Assembly (NCBI GenBank): GCA_002633005.1
Contig: NMRA01000835.1
Coordinates: 62,001-126,000, forward strand
Length of the DNA stretch: 64,000 nt
Source of the DNA: Phoronis australis
Lineage: Eukaryota; Animalia; Phoronida
Reading direction: 5' to 3'
Shown: in pieces, positions 37,501 to 49,700 of the stretch
Position numbering within the stretch: position 1 is the first letter of the stretch
How the letters are laid out: every line of letters begins with the position of its first letter
Notes under the pieces: generated by a model
What the model saw: the letters and a program-made list of their open reading frames with translations, nothing else
What the model was told of the DNA's origin: nothing
Database searches by the model: none
Position numbers and translations under genes: made by a program

Positions 37501-39939
37501 CACAGGTTTTCGTCTTGACTTTATTCCATTTGCATTGGAATTAAATTGTTTGTTGGAATTAAATGTGTGTTTTTCAGGCTTTCTAGATAATCTATGAATT
37601 GATTTTCAATTTTTTTTTGTAATTTTGCATCGTAATTATAAGAATTGAAAATAATTTTATAGGTCTCCCTGCAGCAAATCAAGAATAAGCTCCTGCCACT
37701 CACACTGCAATTTTTTCATCATTATCTTTATTATTTTAATTTAAAAAAAATGTCTTTTGTTTCATCTAATTGCCTTCATTGTTGTTTAAATAGATGTCAG
37801 GTACTGCTTAAGATGAGTGCGTTTTGCCAACACAACACAGTAACAGGGCATCTTGTGATAATTATCTTTACTTTCGATCTGTTGAGGTATGGTTTAGATT
37901 GAAATGTGTATTTGGGGCTGTAAAAATTTCCTCTTTTTTGTCATGGGTCATTCCAAGTCCTGAGCCATTCAGGGTCTTGTTGTTACATTCGCTTGTATTA
38001 TCTTTCAGAATATTCGAGTGATGGCTAAGTACTATACAAAGATACGCATGAACAGAATGTCAGAGCTGCTGGATCTCACTGAAACCGTAAGTACTACCAT
38101 GAGTATTGGTCAAATTGGTGTAAACCCTTTGTGTTACGGATGGATTGTGCTTGACGCGTGTACGATTGCAGACCACTCAGACCGTCTCATTACTTGTGTT
38201 TGCTCTGTAATGTGGGCAGTGTAGTGGGCATCTTGATGGTCACTAAGTGTTGTGGATAAAGCAATAAAATATTTTGATCACTGAACAGAAAGAAAAACAA
38301 AAAATGTTCATCTGCAATTAGATGTTCATGAGATGAGAGTCTCATGTGACGTGAATGTATGCATTCCTACTGATAGGACTGTTGTTTCACCAGGGTAACT
38401 TATTGAATTTGGAGTTCCTCATTGGAAACGAATTACAGTTATTTGCCACTCATTTCACATAAAGTAACATAAAATAATTTCCTGCTAGTTGAGGTGTGCC
38501 AAATATACTGAATGTACAGTCTTCATCGTTGACGGGTGTTCTAAGTGGGTGGCTTCTTTCTACAAATGTATCTTAAAACGGCGTATTTCATTATTAAAAT
38601 CCACTTTTTTGTGCATTTTCAGAATATATTTTTGAAACTAAACACCTTTCAGATTTGCTATAACATGTGCTCCAGGGGTGGCTTGAACAATGTATCAAAA
38701 TGTCCCAGGGTTGATCAAGTTATGTAAAGCCAAAGCAATAAAATACAGAGAGATAATTGATGCTGGGTTCTTAGCATATTATGTGAACAACCTCATTGAA
38801 AATGTCTGTGCACATCGGAGTTGGGTGTAAAACTCATGACAATTTATTCCAATTGAAACTGAATTAATAAACAATGCAGTTCGTTTTTATGTCATCTAGA
38901 GTAACTGTAAGCACTGTAGTTGATTTGTGTGGCCTTACTTCGTGCATTTCCATCTGAACGAAGCGGTCACGACTTTAGGGTCTCATTCAAAATGGCCGGC
39001 GATATGAGCAATCGTTTTCAAAACTCTGCTTACGGAGACAAACAAGGGTTAAGATTGGAAAAACGTGTGTTTGTGAAGGCTGATTCATGTCCATGACATC
39101 ACATGAGCAGTTGCTAACGGGCATTGGGTAGTATGACAATCAGCTGCTTTTTATGCTTATATTCACGGCTTCGGGTCACCGGTGGGTGTCTAAAGCCAAA
39201 CATCTCCAATTGCTCATGTGTGAGTTTAATGACATGTGGCGTACGGGTTGCCAATGTGATTGAATACTTTTATGTCCCATTACATGTACTTTACCCCATC
39301 ATTTGTGAAGCACACTATGAGCAGACGACTCCACAATTTTCCAGGTGACCCCTTTCACTTCATATTTACAATAGTGTGCTGTATCCCATATTCAAATGAA
39401 TGAATTAAGTGGTGAATATAATGTTAAGACCTTGTTAATCAACAACACAGTTTAATATGTGTGTGGTACTAGAATTTATGGCTGGGCTTTGCATTAATGT
39501 TTTCCACAGTGCAAAACTGACTCTGCATATGAGTGGAGGCAAGAATTTCCCACCAAATAGCTTTGTGCGAAATAAGCGGTTGACGAAATATTGAAGTTTC
39601 AAATTTCACGCAATGTGATTGGTCAATTTTCGAATAGTCTCCACTCGCCAGTAAAGTTCAGTGGTCTCAGGCTCTGGTCATTGTTCCCTAAACTTACAAT
39701 CCGCTGTCATAACCTTTTTTCCTGCGCAGGAAACCGAGGAGTTCCTGTCCAAGTTGGTAGTCAACAAGACCGTGCAGGCCAAGGTTGATCGTTTGGATGG
39801 AATAGTGAGCTTCAGTCAACACAAGGACCCCAATGACATCCTGAATGAGTGGTCAAGCAATGCTAGCGAGTTGATGCAACTGATGAGCAAGACTACACAT
39901 CTTATAACCAAAGAGGAAATGGTCCACAAGCTCTGCTGA
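22512..39939 (+). CDS. PSMD12: 26S proteasome non-ATPase regulatory subunit 12 (Rpn5); 11 exons, 447 aa
   Basis: Exons 22512-22601, 29229-29288, 30132-30260, 31477-31584, 32034-32138, 33174-33323, 33986-34120, 34755-34867, 35514-35679, 38009-38086, 39730-39939 (1344 nt, all GT-AG, in frame). The translation contains [98 protein letters not shown] and [11 protein letters not shown], all recognisable Rpn5/PSMD12 segments. Confidence 0.97.
22730..23085. mobile_element. MITE-like element with about 47-bp terminal inverted repeats
   Basis: Left arm gccatgggctaggcaatgaccatcgcctctgtttgcccgaaccagag (22730-22776); right arm ctctagttcgggccaacagaggcgatggtcattgcctatgccatggc (23039-23085). Confidence 0.75.
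23377..23632 (+). mobile_element. 5' LTR of a Ty3/Gypsy-type retrotransposon
   Basis: Begins TGTTGT and ends ACAACA (terminal inverted repeat, TG...CA). It is followed 2 nt later by a primer-binding site and then a gag ORF. Confidence 0.75.
23635..23646 (+). other. Primer-binding site complementary to the tRNA-Ser 3' end
   Basis: TGGCGTAGTTGC resembles TGGCGTAGTCGG, the complement of the eukaryotic tRNA-Ser 3' end (…CCGACUACG-CCA), and sits immediately after the LTR end. Confidence 0.7.
23917..26015 (+). pseudogene. Degraded Ty3/Gypsy gag (HhH-like N-terminus, capsid-like region, coiled coil, CCHC zinc knuckle) with a Ser-rich extension; no pol
   Basis: ORFs 24041-24601, 24665-25132 and 25286-26161 share one frame and are separated only by single TAG codons (24599, 25130). 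Capsid-like WEDFLWKF...W...L..CLEGDA..WF; zinc knuckle [14 protein letters not shown] at 25220-25261. A frameshift separates the 23917 ATG segment from the main frame. No protease, RT or integrase motif and no 3' LTR were seen. Confidence 0.8.
26016..26069. repeat. 54-bp hairpin formed from the two TIRs of the 22730-23085 family joined directly
   Basis: taggcagtgaccatcgcctctgtt-ttggcc-aacagaggcgatggtcattgccta: 24-bp arms with one mismatch. Confidence 0.85.
27615..28590 (+). repeat. Tandem duplication of an approximately 420-bp unit; the second copy carries a GC-rich insertion at about 28250-28409
   Basis: tgtaaatgt.gtctgttgtacagacaaatcggtgcttaa occurs at about 27618 and 28034, with colinear similarity to ctgcgtgatacctg. 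The insert ends aatccgccactg. Confidence 0.85.
29496..30008. mobile_element. Roughly 500-bp TTAA-flanked (Kolobok-like) MITE, copy 1
   Basis: Its 5' end (ttatgtaagaccctaga...tggccaacttcggaacatcacatcttaagagtggctgaacggat) is the reverse complement of 53543-53620; imperfect TIR ggtcttatgtaac at about 29995. Confidence 0.55.
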
Positions 39940-41019
39940 GAGGCGCTGAAAGGAGGATGGTATGAGTGATGAGCTTAATCAGATAAACGGAAATGGTTTA
40001 CTGGCTCTGCTGATTGTCGTGGAGCGAGAGTGTGGCACGAGGGATAGGCCTCATCTGCAATGACGAGATATTGGTCACAAGCTTTTCCAAGTCTTTAGAG
40101 GCTGGAGGGTAGGGGGGTAGGGGGGGCTGCTGTTGACTGTGGGGATATGGAAGAGGGGAATGGGGGATGGAAGTAATGAAGCTTGCCACTGAAGAAATAG
40201 TTTGCAAGTGGTGATTGTCGTGGGAGGTATACAGGCAACTACACTGCTCATCTGTAAAGGAAGTGTGTTGAGTTACTCTGATGAATATTCACATGCTGTA
40301 TGCTCCACTTAGCTAAACTATTTTAATAGGCCTTGCCTATGCTACGCTGTGGTGGTACAACCCAACCTCATGACAGGATATGCTTATTTAGAACACAGCT
40401 GAAGGCGAAGATTGGAAAAAAATTTAAAAATCAAAAGCTACTGCACAGAATAATAATTATTGTAATTGGTCACCTTGTGTAACAGAAGATTCTTCTGTTA
40501 TTGATCTGTTGTCAGAAGTTTGAAACCAAACGTTTGAAGGAGACATAAAAGTCCTTTTTTCGTATTGTGGACCCGTTGAGTCAAGTTGGTAATTATATTT
40601 TGTGTCAGTCTGTTATGTGCGATGCTGGTGAAGTTGGGTTTCATAAAAGCATTTATTGACAATGAATTCTGTTCATTTGCATGTTTTAACACAATTCAAT
40701 TGAAAGAAAATACATTTTGGCAATTAATGCACAACAGACCAAATGACCTGAAGCTATGTACAGCACCCCTGTCATAAACCTCTATTTAGGACTGAAGCCT
40801 TCTTAGAGGTTCTCACTGCTACAAGCTAAGTGTTCTTTATTAAACACCATGTTGACTGCTTCAGTGACTCGATTCATTGCTGAAATTTGAAATGGCATTT
40901 CTGACCCACCTACATCTTCAACATTAAAATGTTACTTTTGTGCGCTTATGTTTACGTTTGTGAATGCCTATTGCCATTATCTGTATCTAGCAGTCATTGC
41001 TGTATCTCCTTAACACTTT

Positions 41020-42100
41020 GCATAGTCTTTATGAAAATTGGACAGATTAGACTACTAACAGGCAAAACAGGCAATTTTTCACATAATTTTGTTCCTTCAT
41101 GAATTTTTATGAAATTTGGCAAATGAGTTTCTAGTGAAATGACTGTGACACTCAATTTCTCACGGAATGTATTCTCCCCTCCCCCAGAGGCATTTCTTAT
41201 CAATTTCGAATCGGTTTTTGTGTCCGGCTGTTTATCAACCATATCACTTGAAGGATAGTTATGAACTTTGGCAAATTTGTTCGTGTTGGGAACACACCTG
41301 ATGTAGATTTCGGACGGGTTTAAGTACTGTGGCAGACCCTGGTTGCAATTCTGTTTTTTTTTCGTGTCTGCCTCAACTATCTACAAACTACTCTAATTTT
41401 TTATGCACCCCATGCATGTATGTGGGTGCATATTATTGCCTCTTCTGTCAGGACGTCTGGTGTTGGCATCTGTTGCTGTGTTTCTTAAACCCCTTGCCTT
41501 AAATTTAGTAGATGTGTTTCTGTGGAGCTGACGAAGTGTTCGACTGGTCTAAGTATCACTGTGCCCTCTGGTGGCAGTTTTATATTAATTGTATGCCCGT
41601 TGTTTTTGTACATCCTTAACTCATGAAATTTGACAAATTTGTTTCTATTTGGGACATGGCAAACCTTTTCCATTTTTAAATAGATTTGACATATTCTGCA
41701 TCGCCTAATGGCCAGTTTTATTAGTTTCAAGTTTGCATCAACCTCATTTGTCAAATTACGCTATGGATCAGTATTTAAATTGTCAAATGTGTTCCAGATG
41801 AGATTATTGTGGTGCCCCCTTGTGGCGATTTGTTTCTTGCGTCAGCGGCTGTATCACCTCAACCCATTGCAGGATGTTTGTGAAATCTGACAAATATGTT
41901 CCTATGAAGCTAATGACATGATGAGTTTTGGACTGATCCTACTATGGCTGTGCCCCCAGGTGGCAATTTTACTTTTTATGTTTGCCTCTGTCTTCAGAGT
42001 TCCTGGTTTGTAAATCTGACAAGGAAGAAAGTGTCCCATTCAAAAATGTTCGGTAGTACAAGTTTTATCAAAAAAAAAATAAGTTTGTTAAAATACTGCT
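41020..42100 (-). repeat. Older copy of the same motif-rich repeat family, in reverse orientation
   Basis: tttttatgaaatttggca, gtgccctctggtggca (41561), gtgcccccttgtggcg (41812), gtgcccccaggtggca (41950) and tgaaatttgacaaat. Confidence 0.6.
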
Positions 42101-45100
42101 CTATTTTCACCAGGTCATCAACAATATTCAAATATTTTTGTGGCAAAAATTTAAACTCCATTTTGTACATGGCAAACAAGATAATTAGACATAACCATCT
42201 CTTTTAAAGTGCATACGAACAAAGAATGTTTTGACTACAGCTAAGGCAGACTCAGACGAGAAATATGCAACTTCTCTATTTTTTGAAATATTTCCAGCAC
42301 CATCATTTCTTGATTATATACAGAAAGAAATTTATAACGCCAAGATTTCCAGTAACTCCACAACTATCCACTTGGTCAATAATGTACAAAATTAACAAAC
42401 TTTGTACTAATTCTCTACTTTATGCTACATTCAACAATGCATTGGCAGTTCAAAGTAAGATGATATAGAGATGAAGTGGTTAACTTAGTCAAAAAGTAAC
42501 ATCTACTAGCTAGATTCCGATCGCAGCATTGCCACAGAAAACGACAAATACCTTATTCACAATTTGATTTTGTGGCACCACTCAAAATAAAATTAAAACA
42601 ATCGACACTAGATGTTGTGTAAAACAGGATGTCCCAAGGTAATAGTCTTATTACTGAAGCAGTGTTCAATGTAACTTAAACAGCAACAGGTTTCATAACA
42701 ATTGCAGTTTACACCTCAATTTTCAGTGTCTTCTCTCATAAGCAATGACGTTGCTTAAAAAGCAAATATCAATTATTAAAAAATACAAACAACAAACTGA
42801 ATGTTTGTACTTCAGTGCTTTACAAATTCCCTATTCCAAACAATTTGTCAAATGGTGTGAAAACCATTAAATGTATTATCCAAACATGGTAATAATAATT
42901 GAACATTTGTTACCACATTTAAATACACTAGACACTTCATCAATTTAACAACTAATTTAAACATGGGTACAAAAATAAATCATTTTTTCCAAACAACAAT
43001 TTGTCACTTTCTTGCACATCACTGACGTTCATTAACTTAAAATTCGCTTTTATATCAGACAGTGATGGCCATATCACCAGTAGCTCAAATAATGGCCAAG
43101 CAAAAACTAACTTCACATACATGAAGTTCATAAATGTGCTCCATTTCACAATCTCTTGGAATTTTGAAAAAAAAAATTAATTCTTGACTAGTAAAAAATT
43201 CAAGTATTTTAAAAACGGGGAGCAAGATATTTCTCATGCAGCTGAATGTGCATGTTTGGCTAAAGGACTCAGAAACACAACTAACTGTGACGACACCGAT
43301 ATAAAGTGACATTTAAACTGCTAAATATTTAAGCTCCTAAAGTGCCACCTTTGTTTTGGTTCACATTTAGCAGAACCGTTTGCTGTGGTTCTTTAATACA
43401 GAAAGTTAATATTCCTAAGTAGTTTGCATCATTACACCATGGACCGAATGCAGTTGCTCTAATGAGCTTCCCCACCACTAACTGGATTCACTCGAACTTT
43501 GCCATGTAGTCTTGACCTAATTGAAGAATGAGGTTTATGGCAAAAATGATCCACCTCAAACCATCCATCCGTGTCCACTGAGTAAGTAGTGTGACATGGT
43601 GTGGGGTATCCATTTGCAGAATATTTTGTTTCATCTTTTACATATTACCTTACTGCAAATGCATGGGATATGTTAAAGTAACATAACGATAAAATCTCAC
43701 CAATTTCAGACACAACATAGCAGAAAAGTGAACATATTTTTTGTTTATTTTGTTAAAGGTAAGTAACAATATACATCATAGACAACAGATTTACAACTCC
43801 AATATTTTCCCAGAGGAGGCACCACATGTATCACACCAGGCACCGCTGTCATGGTCGCAAGATCAAAAATATTGTGAATTGAAAACATACAGAGTTGGCA
43901 GTCCTTGTACAATAGTCTATGATAACACAAATATGAGGCTGCCATTGGACAATATTTTGAGATTTTGAGAAACTGGCCATTCACAACGTTAGAAGACATT
44001 GTAAAATGGCAATGTCAATTATGTTTGTCTAATATTGGTGAGGTTTTACTATACCATTCAGTTCCTTCTATACTTTGGTATCATTAGGTGTATGCAAATA
44101 CATCTTTAACATTATTTTCCAGTTGTGTGACTCTCAGTACAGGCCTTAGGAATGTTTACACGAAACCAACACTATGCACAATTTCCAATAAGGCCGTCAC
44201 GGATTACACAGGGACACTCGAATCTCGCTGTATTTACCCACAATGTCATAAACATCAGTCAAGCACATTTGCTGCCTTGTTTTCTTACCACTGGAGTTTC
44301 ACATGTTATTTCTTGTTGCCTGATTCCTTACAAGTTTTTTCTTGATTGCATTACTCTATTTAGTCTTTCAATGCCAATGAAGTATTACAGCTAAAGCTGT
44401 GCTGTGGGCTGCAACTCTGACTGACATGAGAACGTTTGTGAACCTGGCCAAATACCCATGGATGCATGATGTGAAATTCTTCACCTTCCCAACATCAATG
44501 AGACACATGAAAATGTACCTGATTTCCGAAACGAGGTCAAGCGCTTTCTTATCTCTAGGACAAAGGAGAGTTCTATTGCCGTGTAATCCGGGATGGCCCT
44601 ATTATGACAATAATCACGCTAATTACAAAACTTAAGTAAAAAGTAATTTAAAGACTAAACAGTAAAGCTTAACATGTACTACAACAAGAACAAAATTTTT
44701 TACATTAGGGTCACCAGTCTGTGGTTTAAGACATAACACAGTAATCAAACAGAAGTTTTTCGGACGGTAATATTTTTTAAACAATGGAATGGAAAAAGCA
44801 ATTTGAGCAATTTTAGTGTCAAACTGATAAGCACAAGCAAATGAGAATGAAAGAAGAAAACAAATAACATCTGTTGGAACTACGGTTATGACTATTTCTG
44901 CAAAAGTGGTATGTTAAAGTTAGCAACCACTACTGGAAGAACATAGAAGCTGAGAATTTACTTGTCATACAAATATTGCTCAAAGCAACCAAACTCTCAC
45001 ATTTACTGATTGAGGGAAGGCATTTGATATATGCATCAATAACACACAATAGGGATCTCTACAAACTGGATCCAGTCACAAACATTACAATTGCAATTAT

Positions 45101-46711
45101 ACAGTCAAGTAACTAACAAATCATTATTACAGTTTCAACAAGCACAACACGGAGCACTTAAAACATTTAGAATATGGAAAAGGTAACATAAAGTCACCAT
45201 TAACATCATTCATTAAGGTAGGAATTTCTAAATTAAAAAGATATGTCATAAACAGACAACACCACTTCTTTCAAAAGATTGTTCAAATTGTTTTGACAGC
45301 CATCAACTTATGAAATAACTGAAAATCACTTTAGAAAATGTCTCAAAAGCTATACTTCTTTTCACGTTGCACATTATGTTATTGATCTTCCCAAAGTCAA
45401 TGAATAGTTCTGACAAAATCAATTGAGACATGCCCACAATAGTTACCACCACTAAGTCCCACAAGTGCAAAACCGTGTTGCATCAGTCAATTCTCCACCT
45501 TATGTTCTGGGCAATTTTTAATTGAAACTGTTGCCACATAGAGCACCATTATCAAAATGGGTAGTGGGAGCTAAAGCACATCCACATATTACGACAGACC
45601 ATTGACGTACCAAGCTTCATTCATACACGGGTGCCTGATCGACTCAGAAAGACACAGGATGCAGTTGTTGGTTTGTGCGATATTCTATATTCTTATATTT
45701 GACGACAAGATTAGGTGCTCAAATGAGCTATTGCATAGCACAAATGATATAGGGGAAAATGCTTCCACACTTATCTATTTGACTGCATTTAAAAGTTAAG
45801 AGTGGTGGTCTAGTAATACTATCTTGGCTAGTTTCCTAGTCCCAAGTTTCACTGTTTACTCACTCACATAGATACTATTAAATGAAACAAAATAAAATAA
45901 AAAATATTTGCGAAACATTATGAAGGTGAATTTTTTTCACTTCGTACTTGCTTGCTTATCCAGTAATACCCTATGGTTTATCCATACATGTTTTTATCTA
46001 ACCATGACGTCTGCTACATGCTTTTACTAACAACAGGCACTTGACCTGTACCGCTCTCTGTTATATCATTGATCTGCATACAAAGCGCATTATGAAATTA
46101 TCTTAAAGTAAACACTTTTGTTTACAACCAATGTCTGTGGGACAAAGATGGCTGACTATCATGTTTGCATGCTCCCGCGGCTGGATAAGATGGACGTATT
46201 AGCTAAACTGATAAGTCAGAAGACTCAGAACTATCCATTATCACTCACTTTGGAAAAACCAACAACGCAATGACCTTTTACAGACGATTTTAGTTGGTTT
46301 TGAGAAATGACAACTAAAATGGACAATGCTTTTTAAATAATTCTTTACTGGCAATATTTTCTTTTGCAAATTTTTTGTAGCATCAATACCAACTTCAGAA
46401 GTGTATTTGTGTAGAATTATTTTTGATTGTGCTGCTGTTACAGCCAGTGTGACCTACTTAGCCAACTCAATTCCAGTCAGTAGGTGAATCAAAAATCACC
46501 TTAGTAGGATCATCACACAGATTTCTTCCTTGTGATCTTGTTTTTAAGAAAATTGGTTTAAGTTATTTCAGAATAAGAATGATTCAATGGGCTTCCAAAA
46601 GCAGTGGCGTTCGCTATCTTATGGACTCTGTTTGATAACAAAGACGACATGTCCCAAGTCCAAGGATGGTCCATCTTCTCTGTACATAACAGGTCCTAGA
46701 ACATTCCTCCG

Positions 46712-49700
46712 TTACCACCTTTGCCCACCATACCTGTTTCTAAGTAAAACAAAGACAAAACAAAATCAGCAATTTCATCCCTCATTTCAATCACCCAACA
46801 GAGTTTGCGAAACTGGAACTGAGACACCTAGTGTGCATTCCAGAGTTGCAAGAACTTTACAAAAACACAAGATTTAGCAAGATATTGCCATGTGATCACA
46901 TTAGCTTCCTTAGCAAGATTATTGCACCTGTGAAACTCAGTGCAAGCAAAATGGTGTCTCTAGAACAAAGGATAAATTTCACTTCGTGTAAAACAAGAAT
47001 CTAAAACTTATTAAGGGCAAGTGCTATGGAAAAAATCTATTCAAACTAATTCACTTTTATGAACTTCAGTGCTAGTGCAGAGACATTTTATGCTATAACT
47101 ATAATATAAAATAAACAGTCTTCAACATAGCACACAGCCATGTGTAATTTAATTACGTCAAATTTCTCGATAAAAATAAACCTTAAGAAAAACTTGATCT
47201 CATCATTGGCACGATTTGTAACAATCAGCATCACAAAACAAAAAAAATTGGTAAATGCATGAGTATTGTAAGAATGTATCCAGTCTTTGAAAAATGGAAG
47301 ATTGCTGTACTGGCATTTGTTTTTGTATGGAATTGAAGAGATTACCGTTAACCACACTGTGTAACCAAATTCAATGAAAAACTTAACAAAAGCCCAAACC
47401 CGATAACTGAAATGAAACAAGCAACAAATGACCCTACCAGAAACACTAGGATGTAACAAAAATCACAACAGTATATCAAACAAGGATATCCACAAAAGAC
47501 ACAAGCAGGAATTCAGTGTACAGGTTAACATTGTAAAATACAAGCAATTGCTGCAGCATACACTCTAAATGAAGCCAAGTGATTCTAAGTTAGTATTCAA
47601 AAATCATATTTACAGCGATCACTTTATATAAACACAGGATTATAATTAAAAGCACCATACAAAGCATACAACATTTTAACTTTCTAATGATGCAGGCTTT
47701 CATCTAGAGAGTGTCCAGGGCGTCCAACTGGACATCCTGACTCAAATTTAGACAACTTAGCTAGGATACCTTGCTCACTATTTGGATGCCTAAGTACAGT
47801 AAACAGTCAAATAATCACGAGTTTTTCCTCTAACTGCCCAGAAGAAAAGAGCTTTTAGAAATAGAATACAGTAAGATTTGAAAACCTTCAGTGCAAAACC
47901 ATGTCTCCAACGTAGCATTCCACACTAACACCAATTTGAGGTCATAAATACGCCGCCACCATGCATTATTGGTCACTGCATGAGATCCTGAGAAATTGCC
48001 CTATTTTGAAAACCTGGATGAACTCCTGGAATGAAGCCAGTGTAATTATTGTCTCTTGCCTTCTGGTGCAGCCTTCATTTGAGGGTAAGAATGGGGGTGA
48101 ATGCCCTTTGAATGGACTGATGGTTCTTGAGGAACGCAACACAAATCTCACCTGTACTTGTGGGAATGCATTATCCTAACACTGACCAATTAATTTGCAT
48201 CATGGCGACCAAGAGATCATAAGGCAAGCGTGTGTTCCTATCTGCTACAGTCCACACGAATTGTTAAGCAGAGAGGGCTAAAATTTGTGCTGTGATGTGC
48301 AAAAGCACAGTTCTATAGGCAGCGACTATCTTCAGGCGACTTATGGAATGTTACAAAGGTGCAGAGGTGTTTACTTACGTCCTTTCCATGAGTATGATTC
48401 CAACTAACTCTTGTAACGATTGCCTTAAGATACACTCACTCCCAAACGAGGCACACATAATTGTGTAATCATAGTTTGCGACCAAAAAACTTAAAGAAAA
48501 ATGTTCAAAAAAAAAGGAATGCCACTTCAAGGCAATCAATTAAATATTGTAGCAAAAAAATCTGCACATTTTGAAGCATTAAACTACGTTTGACAGACAA
48601 ATTTTGTTTCTCTACTACCCAGCGTCTTATCTAACTTGCCAATATACAAAAATGAAAATGTGAAACACAATTGGACTAACAAATACGTTCACCAAAGTAA
48701 TCATTATTAATCCCTCTCATACTACGGACAAATTTTCTGAGACCGAATCAAATTACTACTGAGGTATAATGACTTCCTAAAACCGCTCTGAGGTGGTGGC
48801 GTATTACAACTATTATTAAAATCTCTTGGTCTGTTTACACCGACCTCCAGTCTATATACACTGTCACGACGTTTCGCCATCGTCAGGTGTTCCCCCGTTC
48901 TTAGAAGAACGAGCACGGATACGTGGGTTCAAATCCTGCCTCGCACAAAAAAATCACACCATGAGTGTACCACGTATCCGTGCTCGTTCTTCTAAGAATG
49001 GGGGAACACCTGACGATGGCCAGAGAAGAGACTGACCGAAACGTCGTGACAGTGTATATAGACTAGTGGTCGGTGTAAATAGACCAAGACATTTTAATAA
49101 TAGTTGTACTGAGGTATAGTGAGTCAAGAATTTAATTTACTTAATTTCCGACAATATGTGGCCAAATCAATGTATAAGCAATGATTTAAGTATTACAACC
49201 AAAAAGTGCCACAAATTTCTCTCATTGGTTATACCTCATGAATTTAAGACACAATGTGGGGATAATTTAATCACTTTTAACGAACTAACAATAGCACCAA
49301 ATTAAGGCTTTCATAACTATCTTCACGACTAATAAGAAGCAACCAACAAACAATGTTTTGAAAAACTGGTAGCAATTAAAAATAAAAATGGTATCTTTAA
49401 CAACAGTATGATTACTTCAATAACTAGGGGTATAATATCCCTGCATAAAATGTTCCATCAATGATAAGCCTAAGAATTAAACGCAAGAGGCAAACTTGGT
49501 ATGGTCTACGTAATTTGGCACAATAGTTTTGAGTGCTATAAAGGTGGCCGTAGCTCTGATAAACAAAAAACAAATGACATATGATAATTTATCCCTTACG
49601 CATTGAATCTGTTAAGGGAAATACGGCCAAGTAATAAAGTTTTCCTTATTCACCTCCAGCACTACTTCAACAGCGACCTCTGACATGGAAAGTTCAAAAG

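Noticed and set aside
48722-49035. Two antiparallel ORFs over the palindrome
   Set aside because: They are by-products of the inverted repeat, with no coding signature.
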